DNA of 64,000 nt from Octopus sinensis (Eukaryota). The DNA is taken from the NCBI RefSeq assembly GCF_006345805.1, contig NC_043002.1:71300001-71364000 (forward strand), given 5' to 3'. Position 1 is the first letter of the stretch; each line of letters starts with the position of its first letter. The position numbers and the translations under genes were made by a program. The notes under the pieces are model-generated. The model was not told the origin of the DNA. It made no database searches and saw only the letters and a program-made list of their open reading frames with translations. This document shows positions 1 to 12,692 of the stretch, in pieces.

Positions 1-149
1 AGTTTTTTTCTTCAATTTCTGCAATTTCAACCAATCAGTGACGTCTATTCAGTTAAGAAGCATTCTGTGCCGTATGAATATGTGCCTCGTTTAAGAAACA
101 GATTGTGTTTATTTACATTTGTGAAGAAAAAAAGATACACTTCCCCCAC

Positions 150-167
150 CCCTAACCCTAACCCTAA
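150..167 (+). repeat. (CCCTAA)3 telomere-type hexamer, probably inside a dispersed repeat truncated by the window start
   Basis: ccctaaccctaaccctaa read directly. Confidence 0.6.
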
Positions 168-1308
168 AAGAGATTGAAATGCAATAGATCGATTCTAGGG
201 TTATAATTATGGGTGACAATTTCATATAACACCGCTAGAAAAAACTGCTGTTCAAAACGAAAAAACCCACACTCTGATAAAATCCAGACTTGACTAACCA
301 CATCTAATATTAGGAAACATTTAAAGCTGTTTAGAATGAACAATTAACTGTATTTCCTTCGTTTCATAAATCTTGAGTTCACTTTAATAGATTTCATGCA
401 GAATACACAGTCTATTATCGAGACACAATAATGAACAGTGAGAATTAAGCATCTTTTAAAATCTATTATACCAGAAACATTTTCTTCATATTACATTCTG
501 ATATGTGTTTCTGCTGAATGAGCGTCTTAAGGTCCTTTGATATAAGCGGTATCTACATTTAATCGATTTATATTAAATCCATTGTAATACACTTTCTAGC
601 CCAAAGGTTTACAATCCAATACAGCATCTTTATTGAAGGTGTTTTCCATGTGGGCGGGCGAAGCGAACTAAACATTCTGGTATTAAATATAAGTTCCTGA
701 AATATACTCTTGGTGGGCGAATATAAAAGATTTGGAATAAAACAGTGAAGATTGTTGTAATGTATTTTATGTCCATAGTTCTAGGTATCTTTTCAACTTA
801 GAATGACCTATTATACAGGTAGAAAGCAGATTACTATATTGCGCTTAATAGTAGAAGATTCCTTAACATCAATGTCTGCACATACTAAAAATGATATAAA
901 GTAAGTGGACAGATATTTAAAAAATCGAAACAATACAGGAGCTGATGTTGTTTTTCTTGGGTAACTTGACTTATCCATCACAAGAGAATATCATAATATT
1001 AACACATTAAAATATTAATATCAGTTGATGTTAATGAAATAAAACTGTAATAGAATTATGTTTCTTAGAAAGAAAAAGAACAGTTTAATCGAAAGGCTAT
1101 CCTAGTAGTTGGCCTAGTAGGTAAATGCTATTTAGTTAAAACCAATATTAAATAAATTTGTGAATATTTGATTAAGTCTGCTTAAGTACACTTCTTTCAA
1201 AGTGGTTCAAACTAATACTACTTATTTGGAAAATATTTAAAGTTTCTCAATATGAATACAAACATTTTATTGCTTTTTCATTCCCGCAATTTGATAATCT
1301 TTAGATAT

Positions 1309-1692
1309 GGAGGCGCAATGGCCCAGTGGTTAGGGCAGCGGACTCGCGGTCATAGGATCGCGGTTTCGATTCCCAGACCGGGCGTTGTGAGTGTTTATTG
1401 AGCGAAAACACCTAAAAGCTCCACGAGGCTCCGGCAGGGGATGGTGGTGATCCCTGCTGTACTCTTTCACCACAACTTTCTCTCACTCTTACTTCCTGTT
1501 TCTGTTGTACCTGTATTTCAAAGGGCCGGTCTTGTCACTCTCTGTATCACGCTGAATATCCCCGAGAACTACGTTAAGAGTGCACGTGTCTGTGGAGTGC
1601 TCAGCCACTTACATGTTAATTTCACGAGCAGGCTGTTCCGTTGATTCGGATCAACCGGAACCCTCGTCGTCGTAACCGACGGAGTGCTTCCA
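1309..1692 (+). mobile_element. tRNA-derived SINE, family B, tail type 1
   Basis: A box TGGCCCAGTGG (1319-1329) and B box GGTTTCGATTCC (1362-1373); the first ~190 nt are homologous to 19662-19850. Confidence 0.85.
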
Positions 1693-1854
1693 TCCTTGCA
1701 TCCTAGATATAAGGATATCGAATATTTCTTCAAAACACAGGTCGCATCCCCGATTCCAACTAATATAGGGTGAAGCGTCACTTATAATTAACCACTGAAT
1801 GCCATATTTGTGGTCTTAATCATTTAACGTGCAAATGAGCTTCTTTAAAGTCAA

Positions 1855-2095
1855 ACTCTTTACTCTCTTTTTTCCCTTTTACTTGTTTCAATCATATGAC
1901 AGTGGCCATGCTCGAGCACCGCCTTTAGTCGAAGAAATCAACACCAGGATTTATCCTTTGTAAGCCTAGTACTTATTCTATCGGTCGCTTTCGCCGAACG
2001 ACTAAGTTACGGGGACGTTGGGACGTAAACACACCACCATCGGTTGTCAAGCAATTTAGGGGGACAAACACAGACACACACGCACACAGAATAAA

Positions 2096-2174
<79 letters not shown>

Positions 2175-2341
2175 ATACGACGGCCTTCTTTCAGTTTCCG
2201 TCTACCAAATCCACTGACAAGGGTTTGGTCGGCCAAGGCTATAGTAGAAGACACTTGCCCAAGGTGCTATGCGGTGGGACTGAAACCGAAACCATGTGGT
2301 TCGTAAGCAAGCTACTTACCACACAGCCACTCCTACGCCTA
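1855..2341 (-). mobile_element. tRNA-derived SINE, family A, with internal (CA)n(TA)n microsatellite
   Basis: Minus-strand head AGGCGTAGGAGTGGCTGTGTGG, CCTTGGGCAAG core and GAGTAAA-type tail; homologous to copies at 25418, 42672, 53219 and 63770. Confidence 0.9.
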
Positions 2342-3468
2342 CGCATCATTTCTTTCTATTTGGGGAAGAAAGATGACTATGTAATCTTTTGTAAAGTCCT
2401 GAAAAGAGGAACCTATGTAATAACTCGAAATATTTACTTGTGTATAATTACACAACTTACATACTTTAAGATATTGTTTTAGAAGTTGTCTCTAACAAAT
2501 GCAAAGGCACTGTTTATCAGTAACCGTATGTTTATTATCGGCAGAATTTTCTTATAGAATACATTTCAAAGATTTATGATAGCTCTGAGTTCTTCATTAT
2601 GTCTTGATACATACATCCATACTCACACACGCACACAGGCACAACACATATGAGAAGACTATTAATTGAAGAAGTTGAAAAGTTCGGTAAAATATGTTAG
2701 ATGACGCAAGTGAAACAGAAAGATATATACATATATATACGGAAACACTAACGGTCGTTCATACATGGAGAATATGCTTTGTTTACAGAAATCGTATCAC
2801 CTGCGATATATTGCATAATCTTGGTAATATATTTCAGGAAAGCTTCCCGAAATATAACGTAAGCATCAAACAACGTGTATACGGCGACATAATAACTTGT
2901 CTTTAACTTTATTTATTGGCACAACCTTGCATATTTTGCGTAACTTTTAACTTGCCTGCATTGCTTAAAGATCGTTAAATTAATATTGTTTACACAAGTA
3001 AATTACAGTACTCTTTTACACAAACACACACACACACAAACCATACGCATGTATGCATGTAAGTACATAATTATGTGTGTATGTGTATGCGTTTATGTGC
3101 GTGAGAATTTGTTTTACAAGAGTATATATAAAATCTATAAACACACTCACCGCCTGTGACATATATTTAATCTTTGATTTATAATGTCAGAAATTTTCGT
3201 TAGATCTTTCATCTGACCTTCCTGATGGAATTAAGCTTGAATCCATTGAGTTCACATTAAAACTTTTAGGAAACATTCGGGAATAGAGCTAAAATCACGC
3301 AAATGATAAGTGCTGAGTTGGTGTGTAGGCTGCAACATGAGAGTTCCAAAACATTACAGCTATTGCCGTTCAGATTTTTATATCACATTATAACATTTAT
3401 ACACACAGCTATTTTGAAACTGCTCCAAATATGTAAATACTCACCCACTCTCACACACGCATACTTAT

Positions 3469-3541
<73 letters not shown>

Positions 3542-4151
3542 AAAATTAGAGACAAAACCACTATTAGGCAAATCATACAATGAAAAACTTAAGACAATAC
3601 ATAAGATTATTTAATTTATATTATTTAAATTTAATAGCATAACTTAGTTATTTCTTTAAATTTATATTAGATAATTATTCCCATTCATAATTATATTTAT
3701 AGTACTTATAGTATTTATTCGATACTATATTACTAAGAATTGATTATTTCTAAAAGTATTTTACATAAGATTTCTGAAAGTCCGTTTAGGTTAGTTTATT
3801 TGTATTTTGAAATTAGCTATTTCATCTTTAAATATGAAAAATTAAATTTATTAGGTTTTCATTATATACAATTATTTATAGGGATTATTTTAGATTTTGA
3901 TTATAATATTTATATATATTTTCATTGATAATTTATATATATTAGTCATTTTAAATATTTATGTAATTAGATATAGACTAATATTGATATTAGATTATGG
4001 GTTTCCTACCTTATAAATTAAAGTTAATATTTAACATTATAGTAGATTTGGATATAATCATATTTGATAATAGAGTTTATTATAAGTAAAATTATTATAT
4101 TATATATATTATTTATATCTTAAAAATATTGATTATATTTTAGATATTTAA

Positions 4152-4219
4152 ACCACCTGATGAATGACTGTAACTCGAAAATTTAAAGAAATTAACAGCC
4201 ATGAAACGATCGTAGTGTT
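4152..4219 (+). ncRNA. Type I hammerhead ribozyme motif (Penelope-type, palindromic stem III)
   Basis: Stem I CAC/GTG; CTGATGA 4157-4163; stem II ATGACTGT/ACAGCCAT (7 of 8 paired); GAAA 4203-4206; stem III palindrome ACGATCGT; GUA cleavage triplet. Confidence 0.75.
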
Positions 4220-5924
4220 ATATTAATTATATGTTTTAAATAATTTTGTTATATTTAGATGATATAAATTAAATAATCTTATGTATTGTCTTAAGTTTTT
4301 CATTGTATGATTTGCCTAATAGTGGTTTTGTCTCTAATTTAATATAAAATTGGATTCAATCCTAAATCTGATTTTTCCCTGTAAGTTTGGATTTATTCCC
4401 TAATATTTATTATTATTATATATATATATATATATATACTATATGTATGTATGTGTATACATATGTATGCATGTTTGGATATGTATATATATATATATAT
4501 GTATATAGATATCTATATCTATATCTATATATCTATTTATCTATCTACCTATATCTCCATGTATGTATGTATGTATGTATGGTGCAAGTCTCCATGCCCT
4601 CTGGAATGCATGAATGACAGCCGTCGTTAAAACAAAATAGTAAAAACTGCTTCCTGGTTGCTCGGAGCCTTCCAGTCTTCCGGTGTATATTACAGTTGGG
4701 CTTCCGAATCAGATGCAAAGAGGATCTCAACGAACTTTACACAATCCTCTCTTATCGATCTCGCCTTAGCTATGCACTAAATCAATCAATATATTTATCA
4801 TAGTTACTGACCGATTTACTCCTGATTCTACCCTGTGCACACGAATATAACAGTACACTCTTTGAATCCCACATACGTCAGGACTTTATCCATATTAAAT
4901 GCAAAATCTGTAATGTGGCCAGCAGTCGATCTATTACTTTAATTTACAACATGACAACATGACAAAGGTATTGGTGAAAGTCAAATCGTTTCGCTCGTTT
5001 ATCAGACTGTGTCGTTTTTCCTAATCAGTCAATATATAGTGTTTTCCTCGGAGTCAGATCAACCAATATGTAATATACTGACATGTAACAATTACACCCA
5101 CTACAGAGAACTTTAATGAGAGCAGAATTCCGCTATATACAGCAATACACAACAATATCATATCGTATTGTTGTAAGACATTTCTTGGAATACAGCTGAA
5201 AGATGTGTAATAGATATCTGGTCATTCACCAGTACCAAGCATTAACATTTTTAAATAAGATCAATATCTGCGCTCAGCATCCCAGTCAAGTCAAACAGAT
5301 ATTTTTCCCTGGCATATCATCTTCAGGAGTAATTACTTCATAGTGATATTTTAAAGCGATACAAATGTTAATAATAGTAAATGGGCATCAGAATATAGAT
5401 TATTACATTTTCTTTCATTTTGGAAATGTTGCTGTATTTCCAAATTGTTGCAACAAAGGTATTCCCCTGTTCAGGCACCTTCTTAAATGTGTATATTCAC
5501 GACATATTCAGGACGATATAAATGTTTGCAGAGCTTCATACCTGGTTATATCACACTCACACTTTTTCTGTCATTCTGTATGGAAAGTTGTGCATCTATT
5601 ACAACTCTACCTAATTTATCAAGAATCAAGCTCTAATTAAACAGACATTACAAAATCTACAGCTGGCAGATGGATTAGTAGCAAGTGGGGAATATATGGC
5701 TCCAATTAACCGCTGAATCTCATGCCCAGAAGCAACGATTTTTAGCAGATCTCATCCACGAGGAAAGAAAAAGAAAAAATTGATGAGCTCGCCAGTCATA
5801 GAGCATTTTTTCGTCATATTGAGCTTAAAATTCTAGTCGCTCTCATATAAAATTAAAATTCACCGCCAAACCTTTACATACTCACACACACATACACATA
5901 TGCATATATATATATTCGGCATGA

Positions 5925-6235
<311 letters not shown>

Positions 6236-6645
6236 CACAGGATTTTCAGGCACAGGATTTCAGACACGCTATTATCTCATGCACAAGCAAATGATTCTCA
6301 AGATGTCTTCGTTGCAAACACGAGATATGAAGAATGAAATGAGAAAGCAATGTTTGTCACGCCAACGATGGAGAAAACAAGTAAAGTGTCGTATTTTTAA
6401 AGAACCACGCAATTATCATTAAGCGCGTTGCGCGAAGACGCGCCGCCAAAGTAGTGAATGGGGAAATTTTTGTGTGTATATGTCATTTAAGTGCGGTCTC
6501 ATTAGTCACCAACATAGCCATAAGTGTAAAGTATAATTATATCTAAGTGTACAATGATCTTAATGCTCAGTAACGGTCTTCACCTGTTAAGAGTGGACAG
6601 TCTTCATATATGTGTGCTTGTGTGCTTCTGTGCATGTGTGCGTGC

Positions 6646-6710
<65 letters not shown>

Positions 6711-6932
6711 GTTATATGTATGTGCATATAACACCTTTTGAACAAGACCGACCCCTCACATTCTGCCTTTACGATCATAAGAAAAACATACATATGAAGC
6801 TCCATCATTGAACGTGGCCTAAAAAAATTTATAAGACACGTATTATAGATTACATACACAGAGAAGTAGTTAGGTTCAAATCCCGTGCAACATGATCAGC
6901 TCCGAAGTAGATACAAACAGATTCTAAGAATT

Positions 6933-7320
6933 AAGGCAGCGAGCTAGCAGAAACGTTAGCTCGCCGGGCGAAATGCGTAGCCGTATTTCTTCTTCCGTTA
7001 CGTTCTAAGTTCAAATTCCGCCGAGGTCGACTTTGCCTTTCATCCTTTCGGGATCGATAAATTAAGTACCAGTTACTCACTGGGGTCGATGTAATCGACT
7101 TAATCCGTTTTTCTGTCCTTGTTTGTCTCCTCTGTGTTTAGCCCCTTGTGGGTAGTAAAGAAATAGAAATAGGTATTTCGTCTGCCGTTAGGTTCCGAGT
7201 TCAAATTCCCCCGAGATCGACTTTGCCTTTCATTCTTTCAGGGTCGATACATTAAGTACCAGTTACGCACTGGGGTCGTTGTAATCGACTTAATCCGTTT
7301 GTCTCTCCTTGTGTGCTCCC
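6933..7320 (+). mobile_element. tRNA-derived SINE, family C, duplicated body
   Basis: Head AAGGCAGCGAGCTAGCAGAAACGTTAGC, B box AGTTCAAATTCC, and the GACTTTGCCTTTCATCCTTTC...AAGTACCAG body present twice; same layout at 28355 and 37486. Confidence 0.9.
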
Positions 7321-7479
7321 TCTATGTTATCCACTAAGACCGCTTAGTGGATAACCGCCCTGGTCGAACTAGCAGGCAAATATCCACTTAAACATAAAAG
7401 ATTCGTTGAATGTTTCAATTGCAGAGACAGTATGGCTGCAGAAATATGGCTGAACATTTTTATTCCTATATTCGTATGG

Positions 7480-7720
7480 TCAGGGCTGATTTGCACACGA
7501 GCAACATTGAAAATTATAGGAGAAGGTAGGCAGATTGCACAGTGAGATATGTACAGAGCGTCTAGGTTTCAATACTGCATTACATGTGTTTAACATTTGT
7601 GAGTCGGAGCATGCGCAATAGATTTTCTCTCTTGGTGTGCAGTACTCTTCACATTCAGGATTATGTAGTATGTGCATGAACAAAGTAGCGGTATCAAGCA
7701 AGTATTTTTGACAAATTGTT
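7480..7720 (-). mobile_element. Possible Penelope-like endonuclease C-terminal relic
   Basis: Translation HILHNPECEEY resembles, from memory, the HL..NPEC segment of PLE proteins; otherwise degenerate. Confidence 0.3.
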
Positions 7721-8809
7721 ATACATGGTATCTTTTTAATACAATTTCATGAAACAGCAATACAATACTAATATATAGTTATAAAACTGAATCGAACCTT
7801 TAAAAAAAATATTTGCAATCAGAAAGATTTCAGTGCACAGCACACGAACCTAGTAGTTGTACATATTTAAAATAAGTTGAGAAAATATCACAATAAATAT
7901 AAAATATCTGCCATAAAGTCTGTACGTATTCAAAAAGAAAATATTTAATATCCTCCAGCACTTCACTTTAGCAGAAAGAGCTGACTCATATTGCACAAAA
8001 TAAAATTAACAATGGATACATTACGAAATTTCTAGACAAAAACCAGATACAGTTTCACTGTGAGAGTTAATAACACATAAATAAAACAGACAATAAACCT
8101 ATAACGTAGAACAAGTTTTGGGTATGTACTCAAAAGAAATCTAAATTGCACCAAAACTAATCATGAATTAGATTTAATCACACAGAATATAAATTCAAAC
8201 TTCCTTTCTAGTAACAAGTACGCTGACATCAAAAGCAACACTCAAGCAATCAAATCTCTTGCTAGCACTTCTGCTGGCAACACATATTACACTAGATTAT
8301 GTAGAACAGACAAACCAAACTCACACATTATCAGACGTTTAAAAAAGAGGTCACACACAGACATAAGAATATAATATAGTGTAAGAAGATTCCGAAGTCT
8401 ATCTTATTCTTAATAAGCTTCTCTCTCTGTCTGTCTCTCTCTCTGTCTGTCTGCCTCTCTCTCTCTCTCTCTCTTTCTCTCTCTGTCTGTCTGCCTCTCT
8501 CTCTCTCTCTCTCTCTCCTTCCTTATACACACATGTGTACGAGCATGGAGGTGTGTATCTCTACATATATATAGGCATGACTATATATAATATAATGTAT
8601 AATAAATATGCAACCTATGCTGTTGATATATATAAACAGGTCAAATTTAACTATTTCTCCATTGATTGAACAACCTCAATCGATATTCGAACCATATTGG
8701 TCTCCTGTCAGAGGTGTCTACATCATTCTGACCAATCCCGGAGATCTAAGCAGTCGATTTGTTTATGTATTCAACAAATGTAATAGTTACATGTACATAA
8801 ACATTTAGA

Positions 8810-8810
8810 T

Positions 8811-8883
<73 letters not shown>

Positions 8884-8894
8884 TAGATAGATAT

Positions 8895-8973
<79 letters not shown>

Positions 8974-8975
8974 CA
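8810..8975 (+). repeat. (GATA)n microsatellite
   Basis: Direct reading. Confidence 0.95.
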
Positions 8976-9728
8976 GAGAGAGAGAGAGACAGACAGACAC
9001 CTTCCCTAATATTACAGTATCCTTTTGATGCCCCTCCTTCTTCCTCTAGACCTCGAAATTGCCAGTTCTGCTGGGTTGTAAAGCTCTGTACTCTTTAGCA
9101 GTCGGCAGTTTCTACTGACACAAAAACTGTTGTCTTATAAGACAAGTGCTGTTAAAGAACCTGACATCTTTGGCTACTGATAATCTTGAGCGACCAAACG
9201 CATTTTGTATGTCATATATAATTGCAGGTTGAATAAAACTTTGCTAGTCCACTATCCCAAGTTCCCCTTCCAATGATAACCTCACTATGGAGTGGTACCG
9301 GTAATTCATACCAATGCCAATACGCGACAAGAAATGCATCTCACCACAGTTGCATACGATACCAATCCGATCCAAGGGCAACACTATGATGAGATATATT
9401 TTGTATACGTTTATAGTAGCATTATGGTATATTACACAACCGAAGAGCAAAATATTACCAGAACCCAACTCCATCACATGCAGAATGTTAACAGCGATGA
9501 GGTATTGGAAACGTCTAATGGACAATGAATTTTCTAAAACCCAATAAATTTGAGAAAGACGAGGTGTTCCATCCCCGGTCGTTGTTGGTTTCAAGGAGTC
9601 TACTTTAATCTCATATAACATGAGGCACACTTACGCTAGATCTACAACACTTAGATATTATTTCTAAATTTTGAAACAAAGATAGTAAATTCGGGATAGT
9701 GCGTTAGTCGATTGCATCCACCAGTGTT

Positions 9729-10625
9729 AGTTAGTTAGTTAGTTAGTTAGTTAATTTGGCTCAAAAGCAAATAGCAAGGCCATGTAGGGGGACATGGAGT
9801 TAAGTACAGGGTGGTGTTCATGTAAAGAGTTCAGGCCACTTGAGGTCCAGGGAGGCTTTGAACAAAGCGGTCGTCGGCATCTTCGCCATCTCGTCTGGCA
9901 GCTTGTTCCACGGATCCGCAACCCGGACGGAGAAAGCTCCTCTCCTTCGATTGAGATGAAATCGTCGCAGGTAGAGCTTTTCGGAATGACCCCGCAGCCA
10001 ACGCTCCGGAGCAGGAGTGAAGAACAGCTCTTTCGAGAGGTTACACTTCCCGCTTATGATGTTGTGGGCGAGAATGAGATCACCACGGCGGCGGCGTTTT
10101 TCAAGAGAACAAAGGTTGAGCGTCCTCAGCCTTTCTTCGTAGGACAAATTTTTGAGACCATGAACCATGCGGGTAGCCAGCCTCTGGACTCTTTCGAGGT
10201 GCTGTATGTCTTTGAGGAGATAAGGAGAAGAGGCTTGAATCCCATACTCCAATATGGGTCTCACCAGCGTGACATAGAGTGGCAGGAATATGGCTGCTGT
10301 GAGCATTCCGAATGACCGTCGAATCAAAAACAGAATTCCGCGCGCTTTGTTGGCAGCATGGACGCACTGGGCCGAAGGCGAAAAGGAGGAATCCAGCAAG
10401 ATACCCAGGTCCTTTACCTGATCGGTCCTCTCCAGCAGCAGACGACCCGGCTCGAAATCAAGTTGAGTTGCAGGAGTAGAGCCGACAGGCAGATGACAGC
10501 ACGTTGACACGTTCAGACACAGGTCCCAATCGTTAGACCACTTCCAAATTTGGTGGAGGCATCGACGAAGATCCTCTATACTACCGCGAGGAGCGACCAG
10601 TTTGATATCGTCAGCAAATAGAAGG
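9729..10625 (-). mobile_element. 5'-truncated CR1-group LINE (RT FADD motif to C-terminus, 3'UTR, (AACT)n tail) inserted in a family C SINE
   Basis: Stop-free frame from ~10624 to 9818: LLFADDIKL...LVRPILEYG...LERVQRLATRMV...RRRRGDLI...FSVRVADPWNKLP; tail (GTTA)n on the plus strand at 9729-9754; GTGTT duplicated at 9724-9728 and 10626-10630. Confidence 0.92.
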
Positions 10626-10760
10626 GTGTTGAACTGGTACTTATTTTATCGTCTCTGAAGAGGTGAGCCAAAGTGTACCTCGGCGCAATTTGAACGCAGA
10701 ACGCAAAGACGGACGAAATGTCACTAAGCATTTTAACCAGGCGAGCTAAATATTTTGCTG
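10626..10760 (-). mobile_element. Family C SINE, 5' part, interrupted by the CR1 insertion (remainder at ~9700-9728)
   Basis: AACTGGTACTTATTTTATCG...CCTCGGCGCAATTTGAAC matches the reverse complement of the family C body. Confidence 0.8.
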
Positions 10761-10903
10761 GAGAGTATCTTCCTAGGTGCCATCCCATGGTCACTCATAA
10801 CCGAGGATGGGGGTATCAGTATATGTATATGTGTATGTGTACATGCGCATACGAATTTGTGTTTTTACATAAATATACTCATACAAATACATATGCAAGT
10901 ATA

Positions 10904-11480
10904 GTGGATTGATGCAACTATTTGGCATATGGGCAATTAAAATATTAAGATTAAAATATTATGATGCAGACACTTCAGTGATATTAAATCCAATTCTTTA
11001 CTGTTGGTAGATGTACTGTTTTGTTTTTCGAAATATTTCTATATATATTAAATACGTATTGATCTAAATTTGTAACACTTAGATATTGATATTTACTTAT
11101 GAAGGCGGTAACCTGGTAGAACCGTTAGCACGCTGGGCAAAATGCTTTGCAGCATTTCGTCAAATTCCGACGAGGTCGAATCCACTTTCATACTTTCGGG
11201 TACGACAAAATAAGTGCTTGCTGAGCGCTGGAGTCGGTGTAATCGGCGAGCTCCAAGACCAAAATTCCAGGATTTTTGCCTATAGCTGAAAGGATATAAA
11301 TTTGGATCAGTACGTATTTAGGATATATAAAAACAATTCGATATAAAAACAAAAACAGTACATCTACCAACAGTAAAGAATTGGATTTAATATTTGTGAG
11401 TCCCACTGAAGTGTCTGCATCATAATATTTTAATCCTAATATTTTAATTGCCCACATGACAAATAGTTGCATCAGCCCAC
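10904..11480. mobile_element. Fold-back/MITE-like element with ~120-170 bp inverted arms; a family C SINE fragment (~11100-11270) lies in the spacer
   Basis: 10910-11030 (TGATGCAACTATTTGGCATATGGGCAATTAAAATATT...GTAGATGTACTGTTTT) is the reverse complement of ~11345-11474 with one 9-nt indel. Confidence 0.8.
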
Positions 11481-11675
11481 AATACTAGCATATGTATGTG
11501 TATGAGTATATTTATGTAAAAGCACAGATTCATATACACATGCACACATACACATATACATATGCTGAGACCATATCTGTCATGACTGACCATGGGATTG
11601 CACCTACAAAGTTACTCTCCCAGGCAAAAGTCCGGGAAGGTTGTTTCTGGAAGACCAGCAGTCGCCCATGCATAC

Positions 11676-12263
11676 CAGGAAGATAGATGCAAATAGGCCA
11701 GACATTATATTGAAAGACTTCAGACAAAGAACATGCCTCCTCATTGATATGACTGTCCCAATCGATATAAACGTATCTGTCAAGACCTACCAAAAACTGA
11801 GCAAATATAAAGATCTTGAAATAGAAATCAGCAAAATGTGGAAGCTGAAGACTAAAACAATACCTGTTGTCATAGCTGCCCTGGGAATGATAGCGAAAGG
11901 GACTGATTGCTACCTAACACAGATACCAGGAAACCCCAAAATGGCAGAAATTCAAAAGATAGTGCTCATGGGAACTGCTCATATCCTACGCAAAATACTC
12001 TCTATGTAATCCCAAGGTTTAAAACAAACTTGTTGTATTTATTTATTTATTATTAATTTTTTTTTATGTATTAGACATTCACTAGTACAACACCAAAAAA
12101 AACAAACAAACAAAAACCCCAAATATATGGCACAGAACTTCTAACCTGTTGTCTCTTGAGGTCTTTGGGTGAGACTTGGAGCCAACTTGTACAGACATAA
12201 AGCAAAAGTCAAACATAGAATAATAATAATAATAATAATAGTAATAGTAATAATAATAATAAA
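11676..12263 (+). mobile_element. R4/Dong-type non-LTR retrotransposon 3' fragment (restriction-like endonuclease, 3'UTR, (TAA)n tail)
   Basis: RKIDANRPDIILKD...LLIDMTVP...KLSKYKDL...IPVVIAALG...LMGTAHILRKILSM*; very similar to 57647-58210. Confidence 0.9.
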
Positions 12264-12264
12264 C

Positions 12265-12435
12265 GAGATACTTACTCATACCCTTGGAAGAAGCAAACAC
12301 CAAGTCATGAGCACAATTAAGTACCCCAAATACATCCAAAATAGAAATTATCCAGCCCATTTGGATGTATTTGGAGTACTTAATTGTGTTCATGACTTAG
12401 TGTTTGCTTCTTCTATGGGTATGAGTAAGTATCTC
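12265..12435. repeat. Fold-back palindrome with 76-bp arms (5 mismatches) and a 19-nt loop
   Basis: 12265-12340 versus reverse complement of 12360-12435, aligned by eye. Confidence 0.92.
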
Positions 12436-12454
12436 ATTTATTTCTTTGCCACAT

Positions 12455-12514
12455 TTATCACTGACGAATGGAGGGTTCTTACGAACTAACCCTGAAATCG
12501 GTCCGATATGGTAA
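12455..12514 (+). ncRNA. Variant type I hammerhead motif
   Basis: Stem I TTATCA/TGGTAA (one G.U); CTGACGA 12461-12467; stem II AGGGTT/AACCCT offset by a 4-nt ATGG insert; GAAA 12494-12497; near-palindromic stem III ATCGG-T-CCGAT; AUA triplet. Confidence 0.55.
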
Positions 12515-12654
12515 TAAGGGAATTTTTAGAGATTTCTGTCAACCTTTTTATTTTTTTCAGTAGCGTGCGTATTGTGAAAAATTATATGATTATGGACAGG
12601 GTGTCTAATTTCGGCATATTAGAAATCTTTTCGTTTGCCCTTATTTATAAGTGG

Positions 12655-12692
<38 letters not shown>

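Noticed and set aside
150-167. Telomere or chromosome-fusion scar
   Set aside because: Only three units, embedded in what appears to be a dispersed repeat.
1309-1385. tRNA gene
   Set aside because: The A and B boxes belong to a SINE head; there is no complete cloverleaf and it continues into the SINE body.
4975-5010. Minus-strand CTGATAA...GAAACG motif
   Set aside because: G8 is missing and there is no stem II.
9244-9630. Overlapping 77-128 aa ORFs as a gene or PLE endonuclease
   Set aside because: No motif that I can identify with confidence in any frame.
9794-10315. 173-aa plus-strand ORF
   Set aside because: It is the antisense shadow of the CR1 RT frame.
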